This document shows positions 19,003-27,104 of a stretch of DNA of 27,104 nucleotides, piece by piece. Both the position numbers and the translations under genes were made by a program. Position 1 is the first letter of the stretch, and each line of letters opens with the position of its first letter. The notes under the pieces are model-generated. The model saw only the letters and a program-made list of their open reading frames with translations. It was not told the origin of the DNA and did not search any database. The stretch is from Polyangia bacterium (GTDB taxonomy: Bacteria > Myxococcota_A > Polyangia > JAAYKL01), in NCBI GenBank assembly GCA_050287845.1, contig JBNKCR010000053.1, positions 1 to 27,104 on the forward strand, written 5' to 3'.

Positions 19003-19620
19003 GTGAAGAAAAGCCGATTCATGACGGGTATTCGTATCTGGTTGGTAACCATTCTGGTGCTGGCGGCGACGGCGGGGGGAATAACGCTGTATGTGCAGTC
19101 GCAAAAAGAAAAGCTGGTTCAATTGAAGGCCAATATTGCCCAGCTGAAAGAAGAGCACGTACCCATGCGGTTCAAGGTAGTGGGTCGTGAGGATGGGCAG
19201 ATTGTGGCGAAGGTAAAGCTGTATGACATGGACGGCAGTGAGATTGGCGCGGCAGAAAGCACGCTGCCGGGGGAAAGTCTCTTTCTTGATTTTATATCTG
19301 TGCCGCTGGAAAAAAAATTTCTGGCATTTCCCCACTCCATTTTTACAGATACGGTTCCCGCAAGGGACGGCATAAAACTTTTTCCACTCTATGATCGCAG
19401 CGGATTTCCAGAGGTGTTCGCCAAAGAAGGGATAAACGACGCCCTGAAAAAGGATTTGTCAGCGCTGTTTGCAAAGGTAAAACAGGGCAGCGCGGTCAAC
19501 GGTTCATTCGGCAACGCGGTGCACGACATCAAAGAATTTAAAACCTTCGATGAAGATGTGGTCTATCGTGTGATTGCGCGGCTGAAAGGCGGCCTCGAAA
19601 TCGTGGAGGACGACCAATGA
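19003..19620 (+). CDS. Hypothetical single-pass membrane protein (TM, coiled coil, unknown domain), paralog of the next gene
   Basis: GTG start after GGGAGG; N-terminal hydrophobic helix; ATGA overlap with the next ORF; shares GNAVH and GGL.I.E motifs with it. Confidence 0.8.
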   Translation: MKKSRFMTGIRIWLVTILVLAATAGGITLYVQSQKEKLVQLKANIAQLKEEHVPMRFKVVGREDGQIVAKVKLYDMDGSEIGAAESTLPGESLFLDFISVPLEKKFLAFPHSIFTDTVPARDGIKLFPLYDRSGFPEVFAKEGINDALKKDLSALFAKVKQGSAVNGSFGNAVHDIKEFKTFDEDVVYRVIARLKGGLEIVEDDQ

Positions 19621-20522
19621 CTGACAGTCCCATTTTACAAGTGGCCGTTGACGTTTCAAAAACGCTGCTCTGGGTTTTCACAACGCAGTCGGGCCTTTCT
19701 TGTCTGGTGGGGGGATTGCTGCTGCTATTTTTAATTCGCTTCCTCAAGTCGCTCAGAGACCGATCGCTGTTGCTGGCAGCGGCAAATAAGAAGTCCGGGC
19801 TTGTCAGTACAGTGTCCGTACTGCTGGATGAGGTAGTATCTGTGGGGGTGTGGGTGGCTGCCAACGTACCGTTGCTGATTGGCGCTGTGGCTATCCTGAG
19901 CATTGTGGTGGCGTTGTCCGGTACCGTGGCAAAAGTGGACGAGTATCTGAATCTGCAGCAGAAGATACGGGAGTACAGTCTGGTGCTGAAAAATCTGGAG
20001 CGACGTTACAAGGTGGCCAGAGTGGAATGTATACAGCAGGAAAACGATGTCACCACGTTGTCCATCAGATATTATAACCAGAACGGTAAACCCGTGAATG
20101 GAAACCAGCAGCGGATTGAAATCAGAGGCGCCGACATCTATATCGATGCCCTTGTGGTCAATTTTGCCTATTCGGGAATTGAATCCGGCGAAAAGCGCAA
20201 TCTGGCGGTTCCCTATCGGGTGTTTTCAGAAAAGGTTGCCCAGAAGGATGGCATCTCCTTGAAAATAGCTGAAAACGGAATCGTCCCGTATGTTTACGAA
20301 AGAGCGGAACATCAGATTCTGGGGATGGACAAGCCGGCTTTCGATTCCAGACTGGCAGAACTGCTGGATGTGGCGCGGGATGCCGAGCGCGCAAGAAAAG
20401 CCGGACTGGTTCGAAGCGTATATGGAAATGCCGTCCATCGGACAGTAACCCCCGGCGACGCCTTCTTCATCTGGACGGAACAATCCGGAGGCCTCACCAT
20501 CAAAGAAGAGAGTGTGTTTTAA
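19617..20522 (+). CDS. Hypothetical multi-pass membrane protein (2-3 TM, coiled coil, same unknown domain)
   Basis: 301-aa ORF after GGAGG, coupled to the upstream gene; hydrophobic N-terminal third; C-terminal domain aligns by eye with the upstream protein. Confidence 0.82.
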   Translation: MTDSPILQVAVDVSKTLLWVFTTQSGLSCLVGGLLLLFLIRFLKSLRDRSLLLAAANKKSGLVSTVSVLLDEVVSVGVWVAANVPLLIGAVAILSIVVALSGTVAKVDEYLNLQQKIREYSLVLKNLERRYKVARVECIQQENDVTTLSIRYYNQNGKPVNGNQQRIEIRGADIYIDALVVNFAYSGIESGEKRNLAVPYRVFSEKVAQKDGISLKIAENGIVPYVYERAEHQILGMDKPAFDSRLAELLDVARDAERARKAGLVRSVYGNAVHRTVTPGDAFFIWTEQSGGLTIKEESVF

Positions 20523-20867
20523 ACAGGATCTCCTGAAAAATGCATTCAACCACTACACATCCAAATCATATTGATTCTATCCAGACGTTAAAAAGGAATA
20601 CATAAATCACAGAAAGCAGGCAATTGTTTCACACAGGCAACTGTTTCACGTCGTTTAATTTCACACCGGGAACAAGTGCTGAAACGACTGTGATACGAGC
20701 AGGGGGACGATGGTCCGGAGAGATGAGCAATGGATGCCTTCACTCCCTTACCACAGCCCCATCACGGGAGCTTCCACAAAAAAAGTGACACCTGGCAAAC
20801 GCTTGCCGGCTCTTGCTGAGAACGCATTTTTTTGCGGCAACAACAGCAGATCAGTATGGAGGCGACA

Positions 20868-22031
20868 ATGGTACCATTGAAAACAGATGCGAAACGGGCG
20901 ACGGCGCTGGTGCTGGGCGGGGGGTTTGCGGGGTTGGAAGCCGCCATTGGATTGTCCCGAAAAGGACTGGATGTCACGCTGGTATCCAACAGGGAGGAAA
21001 TGTTTGTCTATCCAACGTCCATCTGGATGGTAACAGGAAAACACAAACGGAAACACGACAGCATCGACTTGAAGACCGCTGCCAGGCGGTACGGATTTCG
21101 GTTTACCATTGGAAAGGTGGATGCCATTCATCCTGAACACAGGTCGGCAACGATAAACGGCCAGGAACACCAGGGGGATTTTCTGGTGCTGGCGATGGGG
21201 TCCGGTAAACTGTCAATGCCCGGAATCGCCCACACCCACACCATCTGCGGAACGCCCGAAGATACCGAAACGCTGCATGAAGCGGTGGAAAGTCTCATTG
21301 CCTCATCCGGTGGCCGAATAGCGTTCGGTTTCGGTGGAAATCCCAAAGACAAATCAGCGGTTCGTGGCGGTCCGTTGTTTGAAATGATTTTCAATGTGCA
21401 TCACCTGTTGAAAAAAAGAAAAGTTCGAGATCAGTTCGAACTTACTTTCTTTGCACCAATGCCCAAGCCCGGCGCGCGGATGGGAGAAAATGCCACGAAG
21501 GCCGTAAACGGCATGCTGGAAAAAATCCATGTGGCGAGACAGGTGGGAAAGAAGATTGTGCGGTTTGACGAAGCAGGCGTGGTTTTTGAAGACAACAGCA
21601 GACTGGATGCGGATTTAACGGTGTTTGTGCCCGCGGGAAGTGGTCATCCCCTGATGCAGTCAACCCTATTGCCTCAAAATGATGCGGGGTTTGTGGTTGT
21701 GGACGGCCAGTGTCGGGTTTCGGGATTTGAAAATGTGTATGCAATCGGTGATGTGGCTGCCATCGAAGGGCCGGAATGGCGGGCGAAACAGGGACATCTC
21801 ACCGTGGAAATGGCCAAAGTCGCGGTACAGAGCATTGTTGCCACCGTAAAGGGAAATTCAACCGGAAAAGACTACCGCGATCATGTGAATATTTTTTGCA
21901 TCATGGATACGGCCACTGGCGCAGCCATCGTCAAACGAACCCGAAAAAAGGCATCCCTGATATATCTTCCGTTCATCGGTCACCTGCTGAAAATAGCGTG
22001 GGGATACTGGTATCGCCTTTCTCACGGATAA
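20868..22031 (+). CDS. sqr: Sulfide:quinone oxidoreductase, type VI (SqrF)-like FAD-dependent oxidoreductase
   Basis: ATG 20868 follows GGAGG; GGGFAG Rossmann motif; GFGGNPKDKSAVRGGPLFE; YAIGD; KQGH; three Cys (TICG, GQCR, FCIMD) spaced as in SqrF; C-terminal amphipathic aromatic helix. Confidence 0.8.
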   Translation: MVPLKTDAKRATALVLGGGFAGLEAAIGLSRKGLDVTLVSNREEMFVYPTSIWMVTGKHKRKHDSIDLKTAARRYGFRFTIGKVDAIHPEHRSATINGQEHQGDFLVLAMGSGKLSMPGIAHTHTICGTPEDTETLHEAVESLIASSGGRIAFGFGGNPKDKSAVRGGPLFEMIFNVHHLLKKRKVRDQFELTFFAPMPKPGARMGENATKAVNGMLEKIHVARQVGKKIVRFDEAGVVFEDNSRLDADLTVFVPAGSGHPLMQSTLLPQNDAGFVVVDGQCRVSGFENVYAIGDVAAIEGPEWRAKQGHLTVEMAKVAVQSIVATVKGNSTGKDYRDHVNIFCIMDTATGAAIVKRTRKKASLIYLPFIGHLLKIAWGYWYRLSHG

Positions 22032-22037
22032 CGTCCT

Positions 22038-25000
22038 TCACTCTCTCATCTCCACCACCCCATCGCTGGTGAGCAGGAGGGTGCCATCTGTGAGGGGATA
22101 AAAATCGTTCACGTCGCGGACCGGCACGTGGATGGGCTCAAAGTTCTTTGCATCCGTCCCCCGTTTCACGGGCATTCCCATCCCCCCCACCCAGAGAGTG
22201 TTCTCAATCCACCTCACCCCATGAGGCGGAACCCACTGATGCGCCAGTCCGGCAACCGGGGAAAACTGCCCGCCTCGGGACGTGTACACTCCCATATCGT
22301 AAGTGCCCACGTATAGCGCATCGTCCTTCACGGCCAGCGCCGTAACAAAGCTTCCGTCAAATCCATGGGCGCTGCCATACTGCCCGGATTCCCCGTTTTC
22401 AAACCAGAACAGTCCGTCAATATTTCCGGCCACCACCCGGTTTTTCCAGAAGGCCACCGTTGCAAACCGCCCCTTGCCCGCTTTCTGATAATCCAGTCGC
22501 GTTGCCTTTTCACCCGCCACGATGAACAGGCCTTTTGCTGAGGCCACGGCCAGATGCGAACCATCCACGGCCAAATCGTGTACCGCCCCCGTGATTCCGG
22601 TGGGTTTCACATGAGTTAAATCTCCGGTCTTCAGCAGTCCTCCTTCGGTGCCCATGTACAGCACATCGTCCACCACGGCCAGGGCGTTCATGCGTTGCTG
22701 CATGACAGAGAGCGAAAGAGGCAGCCGCTTCAGTCGGCCATCCCCGGTCAGCGCCATCAGGCCCCCATCAAACCCCGCGACCAGCACTTTTCCCCTGAAA
22801 TGCACGGCGGCCGTCACATCCGGAGAACCGGACGCCAGCGTCATCCCGAGGTCTGACTTCACAAACCTTCCCCCGGTCTGCTGCACATACCGTCCGGAAG
22901 GCGTCTCCACCACCAATCGATCATCCACACTGCGCAGCCCCAGAACCACTTCCTCCGGCAATCTGGTTTTCAACCCCCGGCCATCTTTTATCCGGAACAG
23001 TCCTGACTTGAGCGTGCCGAAGTACACCACGCCATTCACCGCCGTCAGCCCCGTCACATATCTGGATTTCGCGCGCACCCGGTACCGCTCGGCCCTGCCA
23101 TCTTTCAGCTGATAAAGCCCCTTGCCAATCACACCGATGACCACCGGCGCATCCTTCACGGCCGCGATGCCGGTCACCGCGTGCCCATAAAAATCGGCGT
23201 CAATCCGCTTCACTTCACACAGGGGACCGACGCCGCAGGTGAGCCCAATCACGTCCCCCAGCTGCGTCCCCAGCCAGATGCGGCCATCGTCTCCCCGGGC
23301 GATTGCCGTCAGATGCAGCGAATGAAGTTGGCTTTCCTGAAGAGAAAACCGGAATTCATCCTCTTCGAACCGCGCCGTTACGGTATCACCACGAACTGCA
23401 AGACCCTTTCCATGGGCCCACAGTGGCCGCCATCGGCCTCCCTCTCCGGGAGCCGGTCGACGTGCCTTGCGTTTATCGGTGACCGCGCAGTCTATCATTT
23501 CCTCTTTCTTCTGACACCGGGTGCGCAGGGTATTTCCGGCCCGGTCCCGAATCCGCAACTCAAACTGATCATCAAGGGAGTCTGCGGCCAGCATGAAAAC
23601 CCCATCGACCGGTGTGACATCCAGCACCTTGCCACTGGAAAGATGGAGCTGTACCGATCCGATGCCCGCGCCGCCGAACTCCGGCACTACCCGAAGCAGG
23701 TTGTCATCAGGGGAATGCGAAATCGCAACCGTGGGCGCAGTGCGATCAATCTGATAGTACACATATTCTGTTTGAACGGTGCCGTCTTCAAACCGCTTGA
23801 ACACCGCCACCCGGTAGCTCTGATCCCGCCACCCCCGGGGAACCAGAAAGCGATCTGTCCAGGTATCCGTTGCTTTGTCAAAAACAAGGCGTTTCACTTC
23901 GCCAAACGGATACGCCACCCACACATCCTTCAGTCCCGGCTCGTGATGAACCGTCAGGATAGGGTCTCCGGGTTTCATCGAAAAAAGGCTGAGAGAAGGG
24001 TCGTCCACATGAAGGGAGGTGAACGCCGTCGGAATCTCTTCCCGCAAACTGATTTCCACAATCCGCGCTTTCAATGAATCGTCCGGCGTGTCGCGATAAC
24101 TGGACATCATGCTCGTCAGTAACGTCCGATAATATGCTCTTCGAATCCGCTGGCCTTCCTGGCTGTTCTTTTCCACTGTTGCCAATTTCACATCAAGGCT
24201 TTTGGAGAAACGATTGTCAATGGAGTAGGCCACGTCCAGATTTTCCGTCGATTCGGCAGTGCCGAAATACGCCAGCCGCCCACCCAGCGCCATACTGTCT
24301 TTCTGTCCCAAAAGAGCACGAAAATTTCCCGCAGACGACACACCGCGCAGCTGCAGCACTGGAAGAAGCAGTTCATCGGCGATTTCGTCCAGCCGGCCCT
24401 GCGAATCCACATCCACCACATGCACCAGCCCGGCGCTGTCTTTCAGTTCTCCCTGATAAAACGCCTTTTCATGAACATCCGAAAGCCATATCACCCGGGC
24501 GGGTAACGTTTCGCTGTCCAACTGTTTCACGGCCTGCAAATCGGTAATCAGAATGCACTGGTTTTCCCAGAGGTCACATTTTTCCTGCACCATTTTTTCC
24601 GCAAGCACCTTTTCATCGAGCACATGCCCCCACTGCCCATCCCCAAGCCTTTTTGCCAGGGTAACGGGATTTGCCAGCGACATCTGTTTTGCCGATTCGG
24701 CGACCACCGTCATTTTCATTCGATCCCTGCCGATGTGATGCAGCCGCGACACAAGTCGATATACCTCCGTCTGCTTCTGCTTCATGGAAAATGAGCCATC
24801 CACAAATACGTGAATGTTCCGGGGACGGGCCGATGCGCCCTCCCATTCATCCATGGCTACCTTCAGCGCCACGGCATATGTACCATCATCCAACGCCACG
24901 GCTGACCCATTCATGGTGAGGGGAACGGCCACTTCCTTCCACCACAGCTCAAAGGGCTGATTCACATTCAACATCATTTTCATCTGCCCGGCGGTCGTCG

Positions 25001-25673
25001 CCGACAATGTGGCTTCCGCGCCCATTGCACCGGCGGACACCACCGGCCTGTCGCCGCCAATTCGCACAGTGGCAACCCCCATCAGCGCCCCCTGCCCCAG
25101 AAAACTGTCCACCGGAATGCGCACCTGATTCTTTCCCAGATCCGACACCACCGGCAACGTGAACACCATCCGAATCCGCTTGTGCTCTCCGGCGCCCAGG
25201 GGATACACCGAAAATTGCTGCATGTTTCCTTCCTTATGCAGAATACCGGTGGTCCGCCCTTCCCTTGCCGCCCGCTCATGATCCGCTTTGGCGTCCTCTC
25301 TGGCTTTCAGTGCCGCCTTCAGGTATTTGCCGTGATTCCAGAATCCGAACTCTGTAATCTGCGCATCAGAGGGCAGATGCAACCGGTAATCCGCCTGGGC
25401 AACATCCGGCCCGTCGTTGTGAAACACCTGCTCCACTGAAACCGTGGCCTCACTGCCATACACCTCCACATGGAGACCATGGGCAATTACCGGCAGTTGC
25501 CTTGCTTCGCAGAACAGTCCCGCTTCCACATTGTCCTGAGCCCTCGCCGGAAACACAATGGTTGTGATGATCAGATTAAGGATAAATACGACTGTAAAAA
25601 TGAGTACCGATTTAAACATCTCCGCATCGCATGCATTGCGCTGGGTGTCATTCAGAAAAGCGCGACGTTTCAT
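22038..25673 (-). CDS. Large exported VIT - vWA-like - Ig-like - beta-propeller protein (about 1211 aa)
   Basis: ATG 25673 overlaps the upstream stop (ATGA); hydrophobic segment ending ARA-Q. VIT motifs VEQVFHN, YRLHLP, A...HE.A..EGR..GIL, FSVYPL. FVDGSFSM; IPTAFTSL; GDP...RFLVP...IDRTAP; repeated IWLGT/YFGT/YMGTEGG/YVGT blades. Confidence 0.82.
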   Translation of the reverse strand: MKRRAFLNDTQRNACDAEMFKSVLIFTVVFILNLIITTIVFPARAQDNVEAGLFCEARQLPVIAHGLHVEVYGSEATVSVEQVFHNDGPDVAQADYRLHLPSDAQITEFGFWNHGKYLKAALKAREDAKADHERAAREGRTTGILHKEGNMQQFSVYPLGAGEHKRIRMVFTLPVVSDLGKNQVRIPVDSFLGQGALMGVATVRIGGDRPVVSAGAMGAEATLSATTAGQMKMMLNVNQPFELWWKEVAVPLTMNGSAVALDDGTYAVALKVAMDEWEGASARPRNIHVFVDGSFSMKQKQTEVYRLVSRLHHIGRDRMKMTVVAESAKQMSLANPVTLAKRLGDGQWGHVLDEKVLAEKMVQEKCDLWENQCILITDLQAVKQLDSETLPARVIWLSDVHEKAFYQGELKDSAGLVHVVDVDSQGRLDEIADELLLPVLQLRGVSSAGNFRALLGQKDSMALGGRLAYFGTAESTENLDVAYSIDNRFSKSLDVKLATVEKNSQEGQRIRRAYYRTLLTSMMSSYRDTPDDSLKARIVEISLREEIPTAFTSLHVDDPSLSLFSMKPGDPILTVHHEPGLKDVWVAYPFGEVKRLVFDKATDTWTDRFLVPRGWRDQSYRVAVFKRFEDGTVQTEYVYYQIDRTAPTVAISHSPDDNLLRVVPEFGGAGIGSVQLHLSSGKVLDVTPVDGVFMLAADSLDDQFELRIRDRAGNTLRTRCQKKEEMIDCAVTDKRKARRPAPGEGGRWRPLWAHGKGLAVRGDTVTARFEEDEFRFSLQESQLHSLHLTAIARGDDGRIWLGTQLGDVIGLTCGVGPLCEVKRIDADFYGHAVTGIAAVKDAPVVIGVIGKGLYQLKDGRAERYRVRAKSRYVTGLTAVNGVVYFGTLKSGLFRIKDGRGLKTRLPEEVVLGLRSVDDRLVVETPSGRYVQQTGGRFVKSDLGMTLASGSPDVTAAVHFRGKVLVAGFDGGLMALTGDGRLKRLPLSLSVMQQRMNALAVVDDVLYMGTEGGLLKTGDLTHVKPTGITGAVHDLAVDGSHLAVASAKGLFIVAGEKATRLDYQKAGKGRFATVAFWKNRVVAGNIDGLFWFENGESGQYGSAHGFDGSFVTALAVKDDALYVGTYDMGVYTSRGGQFSPVAGLAHQWVPPHGVRWIENTLWVGGMGMPVKRGTDAKNFEPIHVPVRDVNDFYPLTDGTLLLTSDGVVEMRE

Positions 25674-26638
25674 CTGGCACCTCCCATCCGAACCTGAATG
25701 GGGGCTCTGGCAAAACGGCAATCCTCGAACTGATACCACTCGGTTTTTCCCATACCCGGTTTCGTGTCGAGAACAAATACCAGGCTTCCGTCGTGATTCA
25801 GTACCTTCGGTACGCTTGCCGGCATCAGATTCGCGGGCCAGTGGATGGACACCCCACAATGCTTTTTCGCATCTGAATCGATGCGCTCAGGGCGAACCAG
25901 CACCACATCGCTGTCACTTTCTCCATCGCGCATTGTCAACGGCTGTAACGCCACCGGCTGGGCCCCGGTTAAATCCATGTCTACGGCATCTGACATCAGT
26001 GACTTCAACATGGCATCCGCCACGCCCCGTTTTTCGCCGTGAACCCGACCAATATGCTGATAACTGCCTTCGGTGGCATACGCGAGTTCCCGAAAAAAGT
26101 GAATTCCCTCCACCGACAGAGAACGGCAACCGATGGCATTGATAACGATTCGCTTCCGGCGCGCCAGCTCAATCAATGCCTCCGGCCGGGGACCATCGGT
26201 ATAATCCAGATGTGGCGGGGCATCCCCCACCAGAAAAATCTGGCGTTCCGTTGCCTTGCCCATTGTCCATTTCATTTTGCTCAGGGCATCCCGCAGACCG
26301 GAAAGCACATCCTCCGGCCCATCGCCTCCCCCATCGGCCATGAGCAACCCCAGAAACCGTTCACTCTGTTCCACATCCCCACTGAGGGGAGACAATCGGG
26401 TCAGATACGCATCGCCCCGGTCCCGATAGGCCACGACGCCAAAGCGGACGGTTTCCCCCTTGCGGGAGTCTTCAAGGGTTCGGGATAATTGCACCACCCG
26501 CTCTTTGACTTCCCGAATTTCAGACGCCATCGAGCCTGTGGTATCCAACAGAAACACCACATCCAGGTTCGCCCACGCCGGCAGCGCGGTGAGCAGCATA
26601 GATGTAGATATCAGTAAAGATAGTAGCTGTTTTCTCAT
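25670..26638 (-). CDS. Secreted vWA domain protein
   Basis: ATG after AAGGAG; signal peptide ending AWA; LDVVFLLDTTGSM MIDAS, VAYRD, GGGDGPE, LVGDAPPH; small C-terminal domain with two Cys. Confidence 0.9.
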   Translation of the reverse strand: MRKQLLSLLISTSMLLTALPAWANLDVVFLLDTTGSMASEIREVKERVVQLSRTLEDSRKGETVRFGVVAYRDRGDAYLTRLSPLSGDVEQSERFLGLLMADGGGDGPEDVLSGLRDALSKMKWTMGKATERQIFLVGDAPPHLDYTDGPRPEALIELARRKRIVINAIGCRSLSVEGIHFFRELAYATEGSYQHIGRVHGEKRGVADAMLKSLMSDAVDMDLTGAQPVALQPLTMRDGESDSDVVLVRPERIDSDAKKHCGVSIHWPANLMPASVPKVLNHDGSLVFVLDTKPGMGKTEWYQFEDCRFARAPIQVRMGGAR

Positions 26639-26687
26639 TATGAGTCTCCTTTGTTGAAAGATTCAAATTCTTTTCAAAGGAGACTTT

Positions 26688-26703
26688 TGCGAAGCCTATG
26701 CCA
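26688..26703 (-). promoter_or_regulatory. Candidate sigma54 (-24/-12) promoter of the vWA/VIT operon
   Basis: Minus strand TGGCATAGGCTTCGCA has GG-N10-GC spacing about 50 nt before the start, with AT-rich DNA upstream; -12 is TCGC instead of TTGC. Confidence 0.45.
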
Positions 26704-27104
26704 CCCTCAACACAGATAGCGATCCACATAAAAAACCAATATTTACGAACACTTAACAAAATTGATACTACAGAGAAGAGATACAAATCATGTATTTAAA
26801 ATACTATTTGTAGACAATCGACAGTTCGTTTACCATTGATGATTTGCGGACAACCGCATTGATCGACTGTACAACACGGGAATGGGTTTCTCCAACGCTA
26901 CCCGGCTAAACCCATAGCGAAAACAAGGACTTATCTTCCCGTGTTAATGAGAACATTCAGTTTTAGAGCGGCGATCGGTTTGATTCCGCCAGCGAAATCG
27001 CGGAAATACAAGCAGGTTTAATGCGCGCCCACAAGGCCCGACCGAGGTGTAGCCCTCGCTACATCGACCGAGGGACTGAGGACGAAAGCTTAAATATGCC
27101 GGAT

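Noticed and set aside
20792..20806. sigma54 promoter upstream of sqr (TGGCAAACGCTTGC)
   Set aside because: GG-to-GC spacing is 9 nt rather than the required 10.
27076..27087. Hammerhead ribozyme core (CTGAGGA...GAAA)
   Set aside because: Only one nucleotide separates the two core motifs, so stem II cannot form.

Overview
A 27.1-kb bacterial chromosomal window. The Cys-rich lipoproteins with long Asp-Thr/Asp-Ser linkers, CotH, vWA and VIT proteins suggest Myxococcota/deltaproteobacterial affinity (inference). In order: a vWA lipoprotein; a small accessory region with a 5'-damaged RAYT/IS200-like HUH tyrosine transposase and a small-ORF + Zeta-like P-loop ATPase pair, bracketed by four copies of a 20-bp direct repeat and followed by a ~220-bp REPIN-like palindrome; an acyl-CoA ligase-ACP-acyltransferase fusion; an orphan GatC-family PTS IIC; GH16 and GH43-CBM6 lipoproteins; a cobalamin-riboswitch-controlled operon of a CbpA-type precursor peptide and a CbpB radical SAM/SPASM maturase; a CotH lipoprotein; a coupled pair of paralogous membrane proteins of unknown function; a type VI-like sulfide:quinone oxidoreductase; and a secreted vWA + VIT-vWA-beta-propeller operon. 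The best leads are the stand-alone B12-riboswitch RiPP-like operon, the repeat-bounded RAYT/toxin-antitoxin cassette, the unknown paralog pair and the orphan GatC next to the glycosidases. All family calls come from motif recognition, with no database search. No rRNA, tRNA or CRISPR array was recognised.
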